This document shows positions 45,201-64,000 of a stretch of DNA of 64,000 nt, in pieces. The notes under the pieces are model-generated. The model ran no database searches. It was not told the DNA's origin and worked only from the letters and a program-made list of their open reading frames with translations. The translations under genes were made by a program, and so were the position numbers. Within the stretch, counting starts at the first letter, position 1. The number at the start of each line of letters is the position of its first letter. Source of the stretch: Antechinus flavipes (lineage: Eukaryota); assembly GCF_016432865.1 (NCBI RefSeq), contig NC_067399.1:499162001-499226000 (forward strand), read 5' to 3'.

Positions 45201-48200
45201 GAAATTTCCACCATTAGAATCACTGTCCAGTAGATGCCTAAGCTATCACACCAGTGGTTCTTGCTCTAATTCTTCCTTGATTTACAAACCTTTTTTCTTA
45301 ACCCTATTGTCCTATCCCATCACAGAAGGGTAATAAGCATATAAAATTCTGGCCTAAGATTTTTCTGGACGAGTTCTGGCCTCAGTTTTTTGATCTGGTT
45401 GAAGGAGAAAATTTCTCCTAATCTCTCATGTAGAGTAAAGAAAAAGGACAGCAAGGGAGGAGAGGGAGAAAAATTTGGAAAACAAGGTTTTGAAAACTAT
45501 CTTTGCATGTATTTGAAAAAATAGAATACTATTAATTTAAAAAAAAAAAAGTACAGCAAAATGAGATTATGTCTGTCCAGCCTGAATCTAACTGGGGATT
45601 GGGGGGTTGGGAGAAATAAAGGAAAAAAATACAAAGGACTGACTATGACTGGACCCATCTAGAGGATGTGGTCACTGACTCCTCAGCCACAAACAGCACT
45701 GAGGCAGCTGCCAGCTGGCTGTCATCCCTCTGAACCAGGACACTGTGCTTTCTGATGACAGATACATCCAAGTGCCTACCGACAGGACCAGAACCACATG
45801 CTCATACATCCTAAATGTGATCATGTACTTCCTGATTCCTGGCCCTAGGACAAATCCAAAAGTTTTAACTACCCTCATTGGCCTATAACTTCTACCCTAA
45901 CATATCAAAGACTTGGGTCAAGTGAGGGTCAGGAAAAGGAATTAGAATAGCAGAGCAAGGAACAAGGAATGACTGTAGGAAAGATTCTAAGCAACTTCTT
46001 TTGGCCTTGACACAAAATTTCACACTCCTTTGATGGGGGTTGGGAGGGACAATTACATTCTCTTTCATCCTTCCCCTCCTCCTTTGGGCAGTTATCGCTT
46101 GTTAATCCCACCCTCCAAGAAGCCATCTTCCTCTCCCACACATCCCAAGACATTACAGCTCTGCCTACCAAGCACTCCAGATGACTTGACATCCAGTCGG
46201 TGCCCAACGCCCACCTTCACACTGGTGTATTTTGGCCCTCTCACTGGAAAGAGATGAGATATGTGAAGTTCCTGGATTAATGTAACAGTAGCATTTCTGG
46301 AGCCCCAGAAAAAAAAGAACTCTTCAGAAATCACTGAGAATTCTGGAAATAGGACTGGGTTTGAGATAGGGGTGGGGTTGTGTAAGGTTTTCCTCCAATT
46401 TTTCAATCAACTTCAGTCAGTGATTGGTTATCAAGACTTTTTTGTTTGAAATATTTTGCTCCAAAGAAATCCAAACCAGAACCAGTTCTGGATTATATAT
46501 CCCATTAGTACTGGTCATAAAAAGTCCACTTTCTTCTCCCTGAAGACATAATTATTTCCTTGAGCCCAGGGATGAAACTGAGCTATGATTGCTTCTAAGC
46601 ACAAATAGGAAAGAAAAAATATACTCAAAAGGATTTTCCTTGTGCATAAATGATTCCCAGACTAACTCTGATCTCAGAGTAAATACTTCTATCAAGGGAT
46701 GGCATAAACCCTGTCATTTGTCCCCATGATTGCAAGGTTTGTCCCCATGATTGTAAGGCTCTGAGAAGACTGAAAATATGAAGTCAGGGCACCTAGTTCC
46801 ATGTCTAGACCCACTTTAATAAGTGTCCCTGGACCTACCCTCCAGGGCAATTGAATTTTTCATCAGAGAAATGACAAAGTAGCATGCAATGCTTATACTT
46901 CTAACCAGGAATTGGCAAGCTACTGCCCTGACTGTTTCTGCATGACTAAAAATGATTTTATCATTTAAAAACGGCTTTTTTTTTTTTTTAGCTCACAGGC
47001 CTCACAAGTAGTGGACCAAATTTGACTCGCAGACAGTAGTTTGCCAACCACTTTTCTAAAGGATGAGGGGAACGCTGTAGAAGTAGCCAGCAGGCCCAGA
47101 ATAAATGACCTGACATCATCAGGATTTTCCAGTGCATTTATTTTGCTTATTTCCTATTTACTTATCTTGGGGCAGCAAAGAGATAGATCAACAGATTCAA
47201 AGTTGTAAGATCTCAGTTCAAATACTAAACTTCACCATTTACTTTCAGCATAGCCTAACAGTAAGTCACTTTTATATCTCTGGGTATCCATTTCTTAACC
47301 TATAGACCAAGGGTACATTTAAAATCCCTTGTAGCTATAAACCTGAGAGTTTGCCTCTTCCTTATCCCACAATCCTTGGCAATTATCCTCCAACAATTTA
47401 TTCCATTATTCTAGTCTTGGATAATGATATGGTATTCCTGAAACCATGTATATACTATAAGTTTATAATATTTAATCTCAATTGAGCCATTAATACAAGG
47501 CATTTTCCCCTAATCATTATGCACTAGTATTCATTTCTAATTGGCTCCCAAAGATACTGGTCTAACCTCTTGCACTATTTATAAACATATGTAATATATA
47601 TACTGGCCCATAATTATAGGAAGCATTAGTTAGGAAATTGCCCAGTGCTTTCAATAACCTCCAGCTTTTTGCCAACAACTCTCTAGAATGATTCCATCCC
47701 CTCTCATCTTTTCAAGCAGATTATTCCCATTCTCACCTCCAACTTTCTTTAACCTTTCATTTCTCCCTACCTATTCTGACCTTGCTGGATATAAACATGT
47801 CAAATCTTCCCCATCCTTAAGAAATATTCACCAGATCCTACCATCCCCATTTCTCCTCCTCCTTCTCCCTTTCTCAATCAAACTTCTTGAAAAAGGCCTC
47901 TACACTTGGCATTCCCAACTTCCCTCCTCTCATTCTTTTCTTTTTTTTTTTCCTTCCTCACATTCTCTTCTACACCCTATGCAATCTGATTTCTTACCTT
48001 ATCATTCAATTGAAACAGTTCTCTCCAAAGTTACAAATAGTCTCTTAATTGCCGATCTTTTCTCTGGAGCTTCTGAAGCTACAGAATACTCATCTCTTGA
48101 TGTTCTAAGACACAGTTCTTTCAGGGTTCTCCTCCTACCCTTCTGGCCCTGCCTTCTCAATCTCCTTTGCTGGATCTTCATCCTGGCTTCCACCCCACCC

Positions 48201-51200
48201 TCAACTGTGGGTAATCCCTGGAGGTTCAGTCCTTTTCTTTAGGGCAAATAAGGAAAAGGCCACTTTTCTTTATTCACCCTACACTCATATGATTAGTGCA
48301 GATCATGGCCAAAAGTATATATCTAGCCCTAATTTCTTTCCTGGATCACCAGCTAAATAGTACATACTTTGAACTCAGCATCTCAAACTCAGAAAGCCTA
48401 AAATAGAACTATTTTCCTTTCCCCCATCCCAGCTCCAACTATAACATTCTCCATCATTTCTCTGTTCCTGCTGCAGATACCTACCTCTACCATCCTTTGT
48501 CACTTGGGACATCTCAGGACACATACTGCTTTCTTTCACTCATCTCATACATTCAATCAGTTACCCAATCTTATCATGTTTTCTTATCTCTCTTTTACTG
48601 ACCTTCTCTCCAATCACAATTTCATTGCCTCTCACCTGCACTACTAAAATAATGTTGGTCTCTAGATCTACTCCAACTAATCTCCTGTGCAACCAATAAA
48701 TGTACTTTCCTAGGGTTCAATTCTGATCCTGTTATCGCCCCCCAAACACACTCAATAAGCCTTCTGACCCTCTTACTTCCACTCTCACAATTTAATAAAA
48801 CATGGTTCTTTATTACCTATAGTATTCAATATAAACTTTTTTGTTAGCTGCTAAAACTCTATACTATCTGGCTTTCTTATACCTTCTCCCCCACATACAC
48901 ACTCTATGACCCTGCCATACTGGCCATATCCACAGTACTCTTACCTTCCGTTTCTGTGGTTTTAATTGGCTGTTCCCCACCTTCAAACCCTCAAGCCCCC
49001 TGCCCAGTGCACTCTCTGAGATTCACTCTATGACTATCTCAGCCTCTTAGATTTCTTAGGCACCTTGAAGACTCAATTCAAGTGCTACTTTCTACACTGT
49101 CCTTCTTCAACAGCCCCACCTGTTGTATCCTTCTTCCCTATACTACCTTGTACATATAGAATGTATAAGCATACATGTACATGTTGTCTCTCCCATTAGA
49201 ACAAGGGCTCTTGACTTGAGGTCCATAGAAAGGAGAGATTTTAGGGGATCCATGAACTTGAATGGGAAAAAAATACAAATTAATTTTAATATAATTGTTT
49301 CCTTTGTGATCCCATTTTATGCATTTAAAAATCTATTCTGAACTAAGAGCTCGTTGTACATAGTAACAGCAAGTTTATGTGATAAATAGCTATGATAGAC
49401 TTAGCTCTTTTTAGCAATGCCTTCATCTAGGACAATTCCAATAGAGTAAGGATGGAAAATGCCATCCGCAACCAGAGAGAGCACTATGAAGACTGAATGT
49501 GGATTACAGTATAGTGTTTTTGCCTTTTTTTTTGCCTTTTTCTTTCTCATGTTTTTTCTCTTTTGATCTGGCTTTTCTTGCACAACACGACAAATATGGA
49601 AATGTCTAGAAGGATTGTACACATTAAACCTATATCGGATTGCTTGCTGCCTTGGGGAGGAAGATAGTGGGGGAAAGAGACAGAAAAAATTTGAAAGATA
49701 AAATCTTACAGAATTGAATGTGGAAAATAAAACAACACAGAAAATCTCCAAAAACAAAAACCTCTTCTGAGATGTGTTCTATCAGTTTCCTCAGATACCG
49801 AAGGATCCAAGACACAAAAAAAGATTAAGAACTGCCTTAGAATGTGAGCTTGAGGGCAGAAACTTTTATTTTAAAAAATTCTTTTCACCAATAACTGTTA
49901 TAGTCTTCATATGTATAATTCTACATTGCTTGTCTTTTTAATGGGTATGAAAGAAGCATGAAGGAGGTTGAGAATTTGGAATTCACAAGTTTTTTTAAAA
50001 CAAATAATTAAAAATCCAGGCCTCTCCCTCCCACCACCCCCCCTCCCAAAAAAAAAATGCCCATGGTTTCTTGGTAGGCACTTAAATAATTGTTGCATTG
50101 AATTGCATCCCTTGCCTGCTTTATGGAGGCAATCCCTCTAACGATCCCCAAAACATCTTACCTAATGAGTGTTCAGAAAGGGCTGGAACACTTTTGGCTA
50201 TGAGGGTTAGTTCTCCCTCTTCACTTTCTTCCTTGGGGGCAAGCAGGAATCTGATGTGCTCTTTAGGGGTATATTGTTTCTTTAAGTTAAGACCTGCAAG
50301 ATGAATAGGTGGTATGGGGCAATAGAGGAAAATTAAAAGATGACACAGTTTGGATTTTAGGAACTAGTTCTGGGCCTGGGGCTATTCTTCTAACCTTGCC
50401 CAAGACACTTCTAATATTAGATACCTGTTTTCCTGGTAAAATGAGGAAAATGGAATCGAGGTGACCTTTTAAAGCCCTAGTCTAATTCAGAGGCCAAGAA
50501 CAGTTCTCAGTGGCAGAAGCCAGAGGATCATAGACAACCTAAGTGTCCAGGAACCAGACTGGTAGCCTTGGAGTTCAAAGCCTTAATTCAGAATCCTCCA
50601 TTGGACACTTACTAGCTGTATGATCCTGGGCAAGTCACTTAATCTCTGCCTTCCAGTTTCCTCATCTGCATTAAAAGGATAACAGTAGTTACTTCACGAG
50701 ATGTTGTCAGAACTAAATGAGATCTATGTAAAGTGACTTGCAAACTTAAAACAGCTTATATAAATATTAGTTCTAAGGGAAGAAGCATGAAAAAACCCCT
50801 GTGGAATGGTTTCCTAGTCTCTAAAAGAGGGGATGGAGAGATTGGTTTATCAGATGTCTGCTATTCTACAATTTTAAAATCTAAAATACTAAAATCTAGG
50901 GCCCTGGGAAGGAGGCAATAAAGGAAATCTTGCTTGAGGAGGGGAGAGGGCCTTGGTAGGGGGAAGGAACGAGGAAATTATAGATAGATTATACTAATAA
51001 GAGTTTACTATTTATTAGAATTGCATATGTACAAGCTATATTAGATTACTTGCTGTCTGGGGGAAAAGGATGCAGAAGAAAAATTTGAAACAAAGTTTTG
51101 TAAGGGTTAATGCTGAAAACTATCTTTGCATATATTTTTTAAAATAAAAAGCTATTATTATTATTTTAAAGAATTTACTATATGGCAGGCACAAAACATG

Positions 51201-52118
51201 CTTATTGTAATGAGAAAGAGCAAGCTACTATAAATAAATCCAAGGAGGAGAGGTCCAGTCACATGGAGAGGGTGGGCTGGGGAGAATGCTAAAAGAGGAG
51301 GTAGGGGGAGGCAGCTAGGGGGCGCAGTGGCTAGAGCACCAGCCTGAAGTCAGGAGGACCTGAGTTCAAATCCAGCCTCAAGACACTAAACACTTCCTAG
51401 CTGTGTGACCCTGGGCAAGTCACTTAACCCCAATTGCCTCAGCAAAGAGGATGTAGGAGATCATCTAGCCAAGACTTCTGAAATTTTTCCCACTTTCAAC
51501 TCTTTTTCACTCAAAAAATTTTACAGGACCCTGGACATAAAAGTATACAAATTAAACATTTACTGATAAGAAATCATAAAGAACTTTATTTAAAAATAAT
51601 TCTTTGGTACACGTATATTGTTTATTTTTACATAAATAATTAAATCCTGAGGGAACATTTTACTTTTACTATTTTTAATTTTTTTTAACTTTTTGCTATT
51701 TTATTATTATTTCTTTTACTATTTTTACTATTGCCAAATTTTTTGTGACCCTCACATTCAGTTACATGACACCAGATAGGGTCGCGAACCACATTTAAAA
51801 AGCTTTGATCTAGTGCAAAACTGCTCGTTTTTAGAGATGACGAAACAGAGGGGAGTGACTTATCCAAGATCACACAGCAAGTCTAACCCATAGAGTGGCC
51901 TCTTACTAAGTGTTCGAAGCATTAAGTGAAATTAGTGCATAGAGCCGGCCATAGAGAAGAGGAAAGGAACCAGGGAGGAGTACAAGGGCCAGGGAACGAA
52001 GTTGTTCACCCTTCAGGAGCTTAAACTCCACAGTGTCCCGCAGATGTTTCCAGTTCAATCCAGGTGGCTTGTAGACCGCGAAGAGTCCATGCAGACGACT
52101 CCATTCTAAGGACCCCAT
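35960..52118 (-). CDS. TRUB2: Mitochondrial pseudouridine synthase TRUB2; 8 exons, 313 aa
   Basis: Exons 52010-52118, 50162-50293, 46169-46243, 45081-45142, 42258-42339, 40773-40845, 36742-36878, 35960-36231 (942 nt including TAA). MGSLEWSRLHGLFAVYKPPG...; catalytic motif VGVGHRLD; ...HEIGLELKSSAVCTQVRRTRDG. Confidence 0.97.
36742..36878 (-). CDS. TRUB2: TRUB2 exon 7
   Basis: YSNLDLKTQEAYEMAVKGLIRPMDKSPMLITGIRCLKFAPPEFLL; tag/gtagga. Confidence 0.96.
37321..37850 (+). mobile_element. WSINE1-like SINE interrupted by an L1 insertion
   Basis: Head gggggcaactaggtgg...gttcaaatctgacctcagac ends at 37398 and resumes at 37784 (acttaatacttcc...gggcaagtcac...agcaaaaaaaaa). Confidence 0.9.
37399..37767 (+). 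mobile_element. 5'-truncated L1 3' end with 16-bp TSD
   Basis: TSD aaatctgacctcagac at 37383-37398 and 37768-37783; A-rich tail. Confidence 0.9.
38698..39024 (+). mobile_element. 5'-truncated L1 3' end with 15-bp TSD (same family as 37399-37767)
   Basis: TSD agatacattgatagt at 38683-38697 and 39025-39039; AATAAA and A tail. Confidence 0.9.
39442..39699 (-). pseudogene. Decayed 7SL (SRP RNA) retrocopy / 7SL-derived repeat
   Basis: The reverse complement aligns by eye to 7SL: gggagg...ggatctcttgaa...gagttctg; gatcaagtgtccacagtaagt; ggagcaggggga; tcctgggcaa at the 3' end. Part of the S domain is deleted. Confidence 0.8.
40773..40845 (-). CDS. TRUB2: TRUB2 exon 6
   Basis: HVTPEKLSRILAVIQGSHQKAMV; cag/gtaagt. 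Confidence 0.95.
42258..42339 (-). CDS. TRUB2: TRUB2 exon 5
   Basis: DYTVRGLLGKATDDFSDEGRLIEKTTY; aag/gtaatt. Confidence 0.95.
42853..44200 (+). mobile_element. L1 fragment of about 1.35 kb (ORF2 C-terminus + 3'UTR), with frameshifts
   Basis: ORF remnants CAKMFLAALFVARNWKLSGCPSVGEWLNKLWYM (L1 ORF2 C-terminus) followed by the L1 3'UTR. Confidence 0.9.
45081..45142 (-). CDS. TRUB2: TRUB2 exon 4
   Basis: LGVGRGNKLLTDIYNAHLTK; tag/gtactt. Confidence 0.95.
46169..46243 (-). CDS. TRUB2: TRUB2 exon 3 (catalytic Asp motif)
   Basis: RGPKYTSVKVGVGHRLDVKSSGVL; cag/gtaggc. Confidence 0.95.
46906..47053. mobile_element. hAT MITE (MER58-like)
   Basis: TIR-like caggaattggcaagctac ... gtagtttgccaaccac, flanked by ttctaa on both sides. 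Confidence 0.6.
47690..49200 (+). mobile_element. L2 LINE RT-region fossil
   Basis: Translation PFSIKLLEK and MQSDFLPYHSIETVLSKVTNSLLIA resembles L2 RT (QSGFRPxHSTETALxKVTNDLL). Confidence 0.8.
49340..49750 (+). mobile_element. L1 3'UTR fragment
   Basis: gaaaatgccatccgcaaccagagagag...aaacctatatcggattgcttgctgccttggggagg. Confidence 0.8.
50162..50293 (-). CDS. TRUB2: TRUB2 exon 2
   Basis: LNLKKQYTPKEHIRFLLAPKEESEEGELTLIAKSVPALSEHSL; cag/gtaaga. Confidence 0.93.
51306..51443 (+). mobile_element. Young WSINE1-like SINE with TSD
   Basis: Intact A/B boxes (ggcgcagtgg; gagttcaaatcc); TSD aaagaggaggtagg / aaagaggatgtagg. Confidence 0.9.
51470..51807. mobile_element. hAT-type non-autonomous DNA transposon
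   Basis: Imperfect TIRs caagacttctgaaa / tttaaaaagctttg, with atctag on both flanks. Confidence 0.6.
52010..52118 (-). CDS. TRUB2: TRUB2 exon 1 coding part
   Basis: MGSLEWSRLHGLFAVYKPPGLNWKHLRDTVEFKLLK; donor gtgaac. Confidence 0.95.
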
Positions 52119-52487
52119 GCTTACGGTCCCTGGAAAACACCGGAAGTGACATAACTAGTGACCAGGAAATCTGGCCCTTCGCTGGGCGCCGCCATACTCG
52201 TTGGCCGGAAGTGGTACTTTCTTACTGTCCTAGAGAGAAACATGATTCAGGCCGAGAATAGGACTGGTTCAATCTGGAGATAACATCCATTTCCTGCGAA
52301 CATTACACCTTCTCTCTAGGTTTATGATAGTAGAATAGGATAGGGAGAGCTCCAAGAAAAGCTGGGAAAACAAAATAGCTGGGAGCGGACGAGTGCGATC
52401 GCACTATTTTTGGTCTCTGCGCGGCTCCGTCGCAGCTGATTAGGAAGTGGATTAATTTTGTTCTTCCTTCCTATTGGGCCTGCTACC

Positions 52488-60932
<8,445 letters not shown>

Positions 60933-61405
60933 TCCAACAGGTTTATGCCAACCCAGTGACACTGGGCAAAGGGCTGCTCTACCCAGGACCTTCGCACTCT
61001 GTTCCCAGGGACATCTAGCTCCTGATAAGAGGAAGAAGAGAGTTCAGCTAAATGGATTTGGAGATATGGGTATCTCCTTATCTGCCAAAAGGGATATGGG
61101 AATCAAAAGAATCTACATATTTGTTCAGATGAAATCTCTTCAGTAAGGCAGAAGCAATCCACTACTCCCATGTAAGTGGAATTGAAGAGGCTCAGTACAG
61201 AGAATTCTCAGGCATTAATTTACCCTTTAGTCACCCTGCTTTCTCCTGGAAGAATTCCTTCTACTTCATTTTCTCCCATTATTTCGCCCTTTCCTCTCCC
61301 CTTATCTCCAAGTTCAAGAATCTTTTTGACTAGTTTGAAGAGGAAAGAAGGGTGTCAACTTTCTGGATCCAGAAGTGGTATAAGGAAGGATGTTTTCATG
61401 GTCTT

Positions 61406-61411
61406 AATAAA
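61406..61411 (+). terminator. Candidate COQ4 polyadenylation signal
   Basis: AATAAA about 470 nt after the stop, followed by U-rich sequence. Confidence 0.5.
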
Positions 61412-63230
61412 TCTCTCTTTTGGTCTCAGATTATTTCTTTCTCCTCTTCTTTTTTGCCAGATAGATTGCTGGCAGTCCTGAAACCTCACTCCATCATTTG
61501 ATCTTAAAGAAAAAGACAACATTTTGCTTCTCCCTGTTTTCTAGGTTCTCTCTCTTCTCCTTCATCCGTACAATAGCCATGCTGGAGGATTTGGGTGAAG
61601 GTTTCAGGGTCTGTCTAAAGGACATTGAGCTAGCATTTTCCTTACATGAAAGCCAGAAAGTAAAGAAGGGAAAGATAGGTTAGTGAAGAATATGACTGAA
61701 TACATGGAACATCTTTTGCTGTGGATCCCTTTTGAAATTGGGAATAGGGGACAGGTGTCTACACAAAGCCAGACTCTGGCTACCTTTCCTTATTGTGTGC
61801 CATAAGGTTTATTGTCTAGTTCCTGCCTACAACTGTCCTCTAAATCACCTGCTTGAAGTCCTCTCAGTACTTTTTGAAAAGTTTAGAGTAAGTAAAAACC
61901 ACGCCTCCTTAATTCATGCTTTGAAGTGCTCTTTAAGACTTTCAAGGTAATTTTTCATACATAGCTCATTTAAGATGCACAACAGCCCCACAGATATTTT
62001 AGATGTTATTCCCATTTTACAGATAAAGAGAGATGCTGAGGCTTAGAAAGATTGACTTGCCACTGTTTAATAAATATCAGAGGCAGAATTCAAACCCAAG
62101 ACTCCTAGACTAAGGTTCTTTACATCATAACACACTGCCCCATTTCACACAGAAGGTGTGAGCCATTAAAATTAGGGATCTCAGTATTCTTTAGAGTTGG
62201 TACAGAAAAGTCACCCAGGATTATATGAATCTAATCATAAAATAGAAATAGAAATACAAATTGTTGGAGAAACATTAATTGCTCATGAGTAAGTCAAGCC
62301 AATATTTATTATATTTTTATTATATCATTTTTATTAAATGATGGTTCTATCTATTTTAATTTGTGTATTCAGTAATCAAACTAGGGAAATACATAATTAA
62401 ATTAATATAAAGGAAAAAAGGCCAAGAATCTCAAAGATAATGATGAAAAAAGTGGTCTATCAGTAGCAGCCCTCTCAAACAGTACCACAAAATAATAATT
62501 AAAATGACATGGTACTAGTTATTTAAAAAAAGAAAAGATCAGCAGAGCAGATCAGGTTCACAACATGGAATTAGATACAGTATTTGATAAACCCTGGGAC
62601 AGTCACTTAATTGCTGTTTATCTCAGTTTCCTCAACTGTAAAAATATACCTTGCAAAGTAGTTGTGAGGATTTAATAAAATATTTGTTTAAAAATGCTTA
62701 GCATAGTTCTTGACACACAGTGGACACTAACATTTATTCTCTTTCTTTTGTTTTCCTTCCATTCCCTTCCTTTTTCTTCCTCCTCTTTTTCCAAAGATTC
62801 CAGTTACTAGGGAAAGGACTCACTGCTTAACAAAAACTGTTGAGAAAACTGGACAGCAGTCTGGTAAAAATTAGGTATTGACCAACATTTCACACTATAC
62901 ACCAAGATAAGGTACAAAACTGATCCATGATTCATGATATTAAAAATCAACAACAAATGAGAAAAAAAGGAAGAAATTACTTTTCAGTTTAACAGATAGG
63001 GAAAGATAACTAAATGTGATAGGTCACAGAGGACAAAATGGACAGTTTTGATTATAGCACATAAAATATGAAAGATTTTGTACATACAGATCTAATGTAG
63101 AAAAATGTAAATGGAAACAGGAAAATGACTTAAATAATTATTTTTTAGTGGTGAGGAAATCTAGGGTTGTTTCCCCTTTCTATTTCCTCATTCAAAGCCA
63201 ATTTCCTGAGAAGGACTGAGCCCAATAATA

Positions 63231-63985
63231 TCAATAATAAATATATATATATGCACTAAGTGGTGTAGCCTTCAAATTCCTAAAGGAGAAGTTAAGAGAA
63301 CTGCAAGAAGAAATAGACAGCAAAACTTTACTAGAGAGGGATCTCAACCTTGCTCTATCAGAACTAGATAAATCGAATCACAAAATAAAGAAGAAGGTAA
63401 ATAGATTTTTGAAACGGTACGTATGATAGGCTTTTAGAGAAAATTGGGGATGGAAAGGAATATATTTTTTCTCAGCAGTATATGGAACTTACACAAAAAT
63501 TGCTCCATGTCTTAGGGCGTAAAAACCTCAAAATCATATTCGGAAAGGCAGAAATAGTAAATGCATCTTTTTCAGATCTTGATGCAATAAAAATTACATG
63601 TAATAAAGGATCAGGGAAAAATAGAGCAAAAATTAATTGAAAATTAAATAATCTAATCCTAAAGTATGAGTGAAACAACAAATCATAGACACAATCTATA
63701 ATTTCATCCAAGAGAATGACAGTAATGAGATGACATACCAAAATTTATGAGATGGAGCTAAAGAAGTTCTTTAGGGGAAATTTTGTGTCTCGAGATGCTT
63801 GACTAAAATAAAGAAGATCAATGGATTGGACATGCAACTAAAAAAGCTAGAAAAAAAAATTGAAAACCCCCAATTAAAAATCAAATTTGAAATTCTGAAA
63901 ATAAAAGAGGAAATTAATAAAATTGAAAGTAAGAAAACTATTGAACTAATAAACAAAACTAAGAGTTGATTTTATGAGAAAGACT
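63231..63985 (+). mobile_element. L1 ORF2 endonuclease-region fragment, frameshifted
   Basis: NIYALSGVAFKFLKEKLRELQEEIDSKTLL...DLN...LSELDKS; FSDLDAIK; TYQNL: L1 APE-type endonuclease and linker. Confidence 0.9.
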
Positions 63986-64000
63986 GGGCCAACCATGAGA

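Noticed and set aside
47688-48242. 184-aa ORF as a host gene
   Set aside because: It is a fossil L2 reverse-transcriptase fragment.
51306-51443. tRNA-like A and B boxes
   Set aside because: They continue into a CORE-SINE body with TSDs and form no cloverleaf; this is a SINE, not a tRNA gene.
52392-52405. Perfect 14-bp palindrome agtgcgatcgcact in the COQ4 5' region
   Set aside because: About four such palindromes are expected by chance in 64 kb (4^-7 per position).

Overview
Eukaryotic genomic DNA from a marsupial, probably a dasyurid. This is inferred from WSINE1-type tRNA/CORE SINEs and the L1 3' UTR sequence type, not from a database search. The window holds the conserved gene block equivalent to human 9q34.11: GOLGA2/GM130 (minus strand, 27 exons, 3' end beyond position 1), SWI5 (plus, 5 exons), TRUB2 (minus, 8 exons) and COQ4 (plus, 6 coding exons). 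These form two head-to-head pairs on CpG islands (about 16.1-17.4 kb and 52.0-52.85 kb). All splice sites were read by hand and are GT-AG. Most ORFs in the supplied track are antisense shadows or repeat noise. Introns are rich in L1, L2, CR1/L3, MIR, SINE and hAT MITE fragments, plus a decayed 7SL copy. The most unusual items are as follows. (1) SWI5 intron 2 contains a 263-bp inverted repeat (261/263 identical, 66-nt loop). Its right arm appears inserted into the loop of a tiny pre-existing hairpin, and its left arm contains a cryptic acceptor and poly(A) signals. (2) SWI5 has no in-frame ATG in exons 1-2 and appears to start at a positionally conserved CUG. (3) COQ4 intron 1 appears collapsed to a 21-nt in-frame GT...AG relic that is now coding. 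(4) A 59-nt direct repeat brackets TRUB2 exon 5. (5) Two 1-nt frame anomalies (SWI5 last exon, GOLGA2 first ATG) may be homopolymer assembly errors. Comparisons with human or mouse proteins are from memory and need checking.
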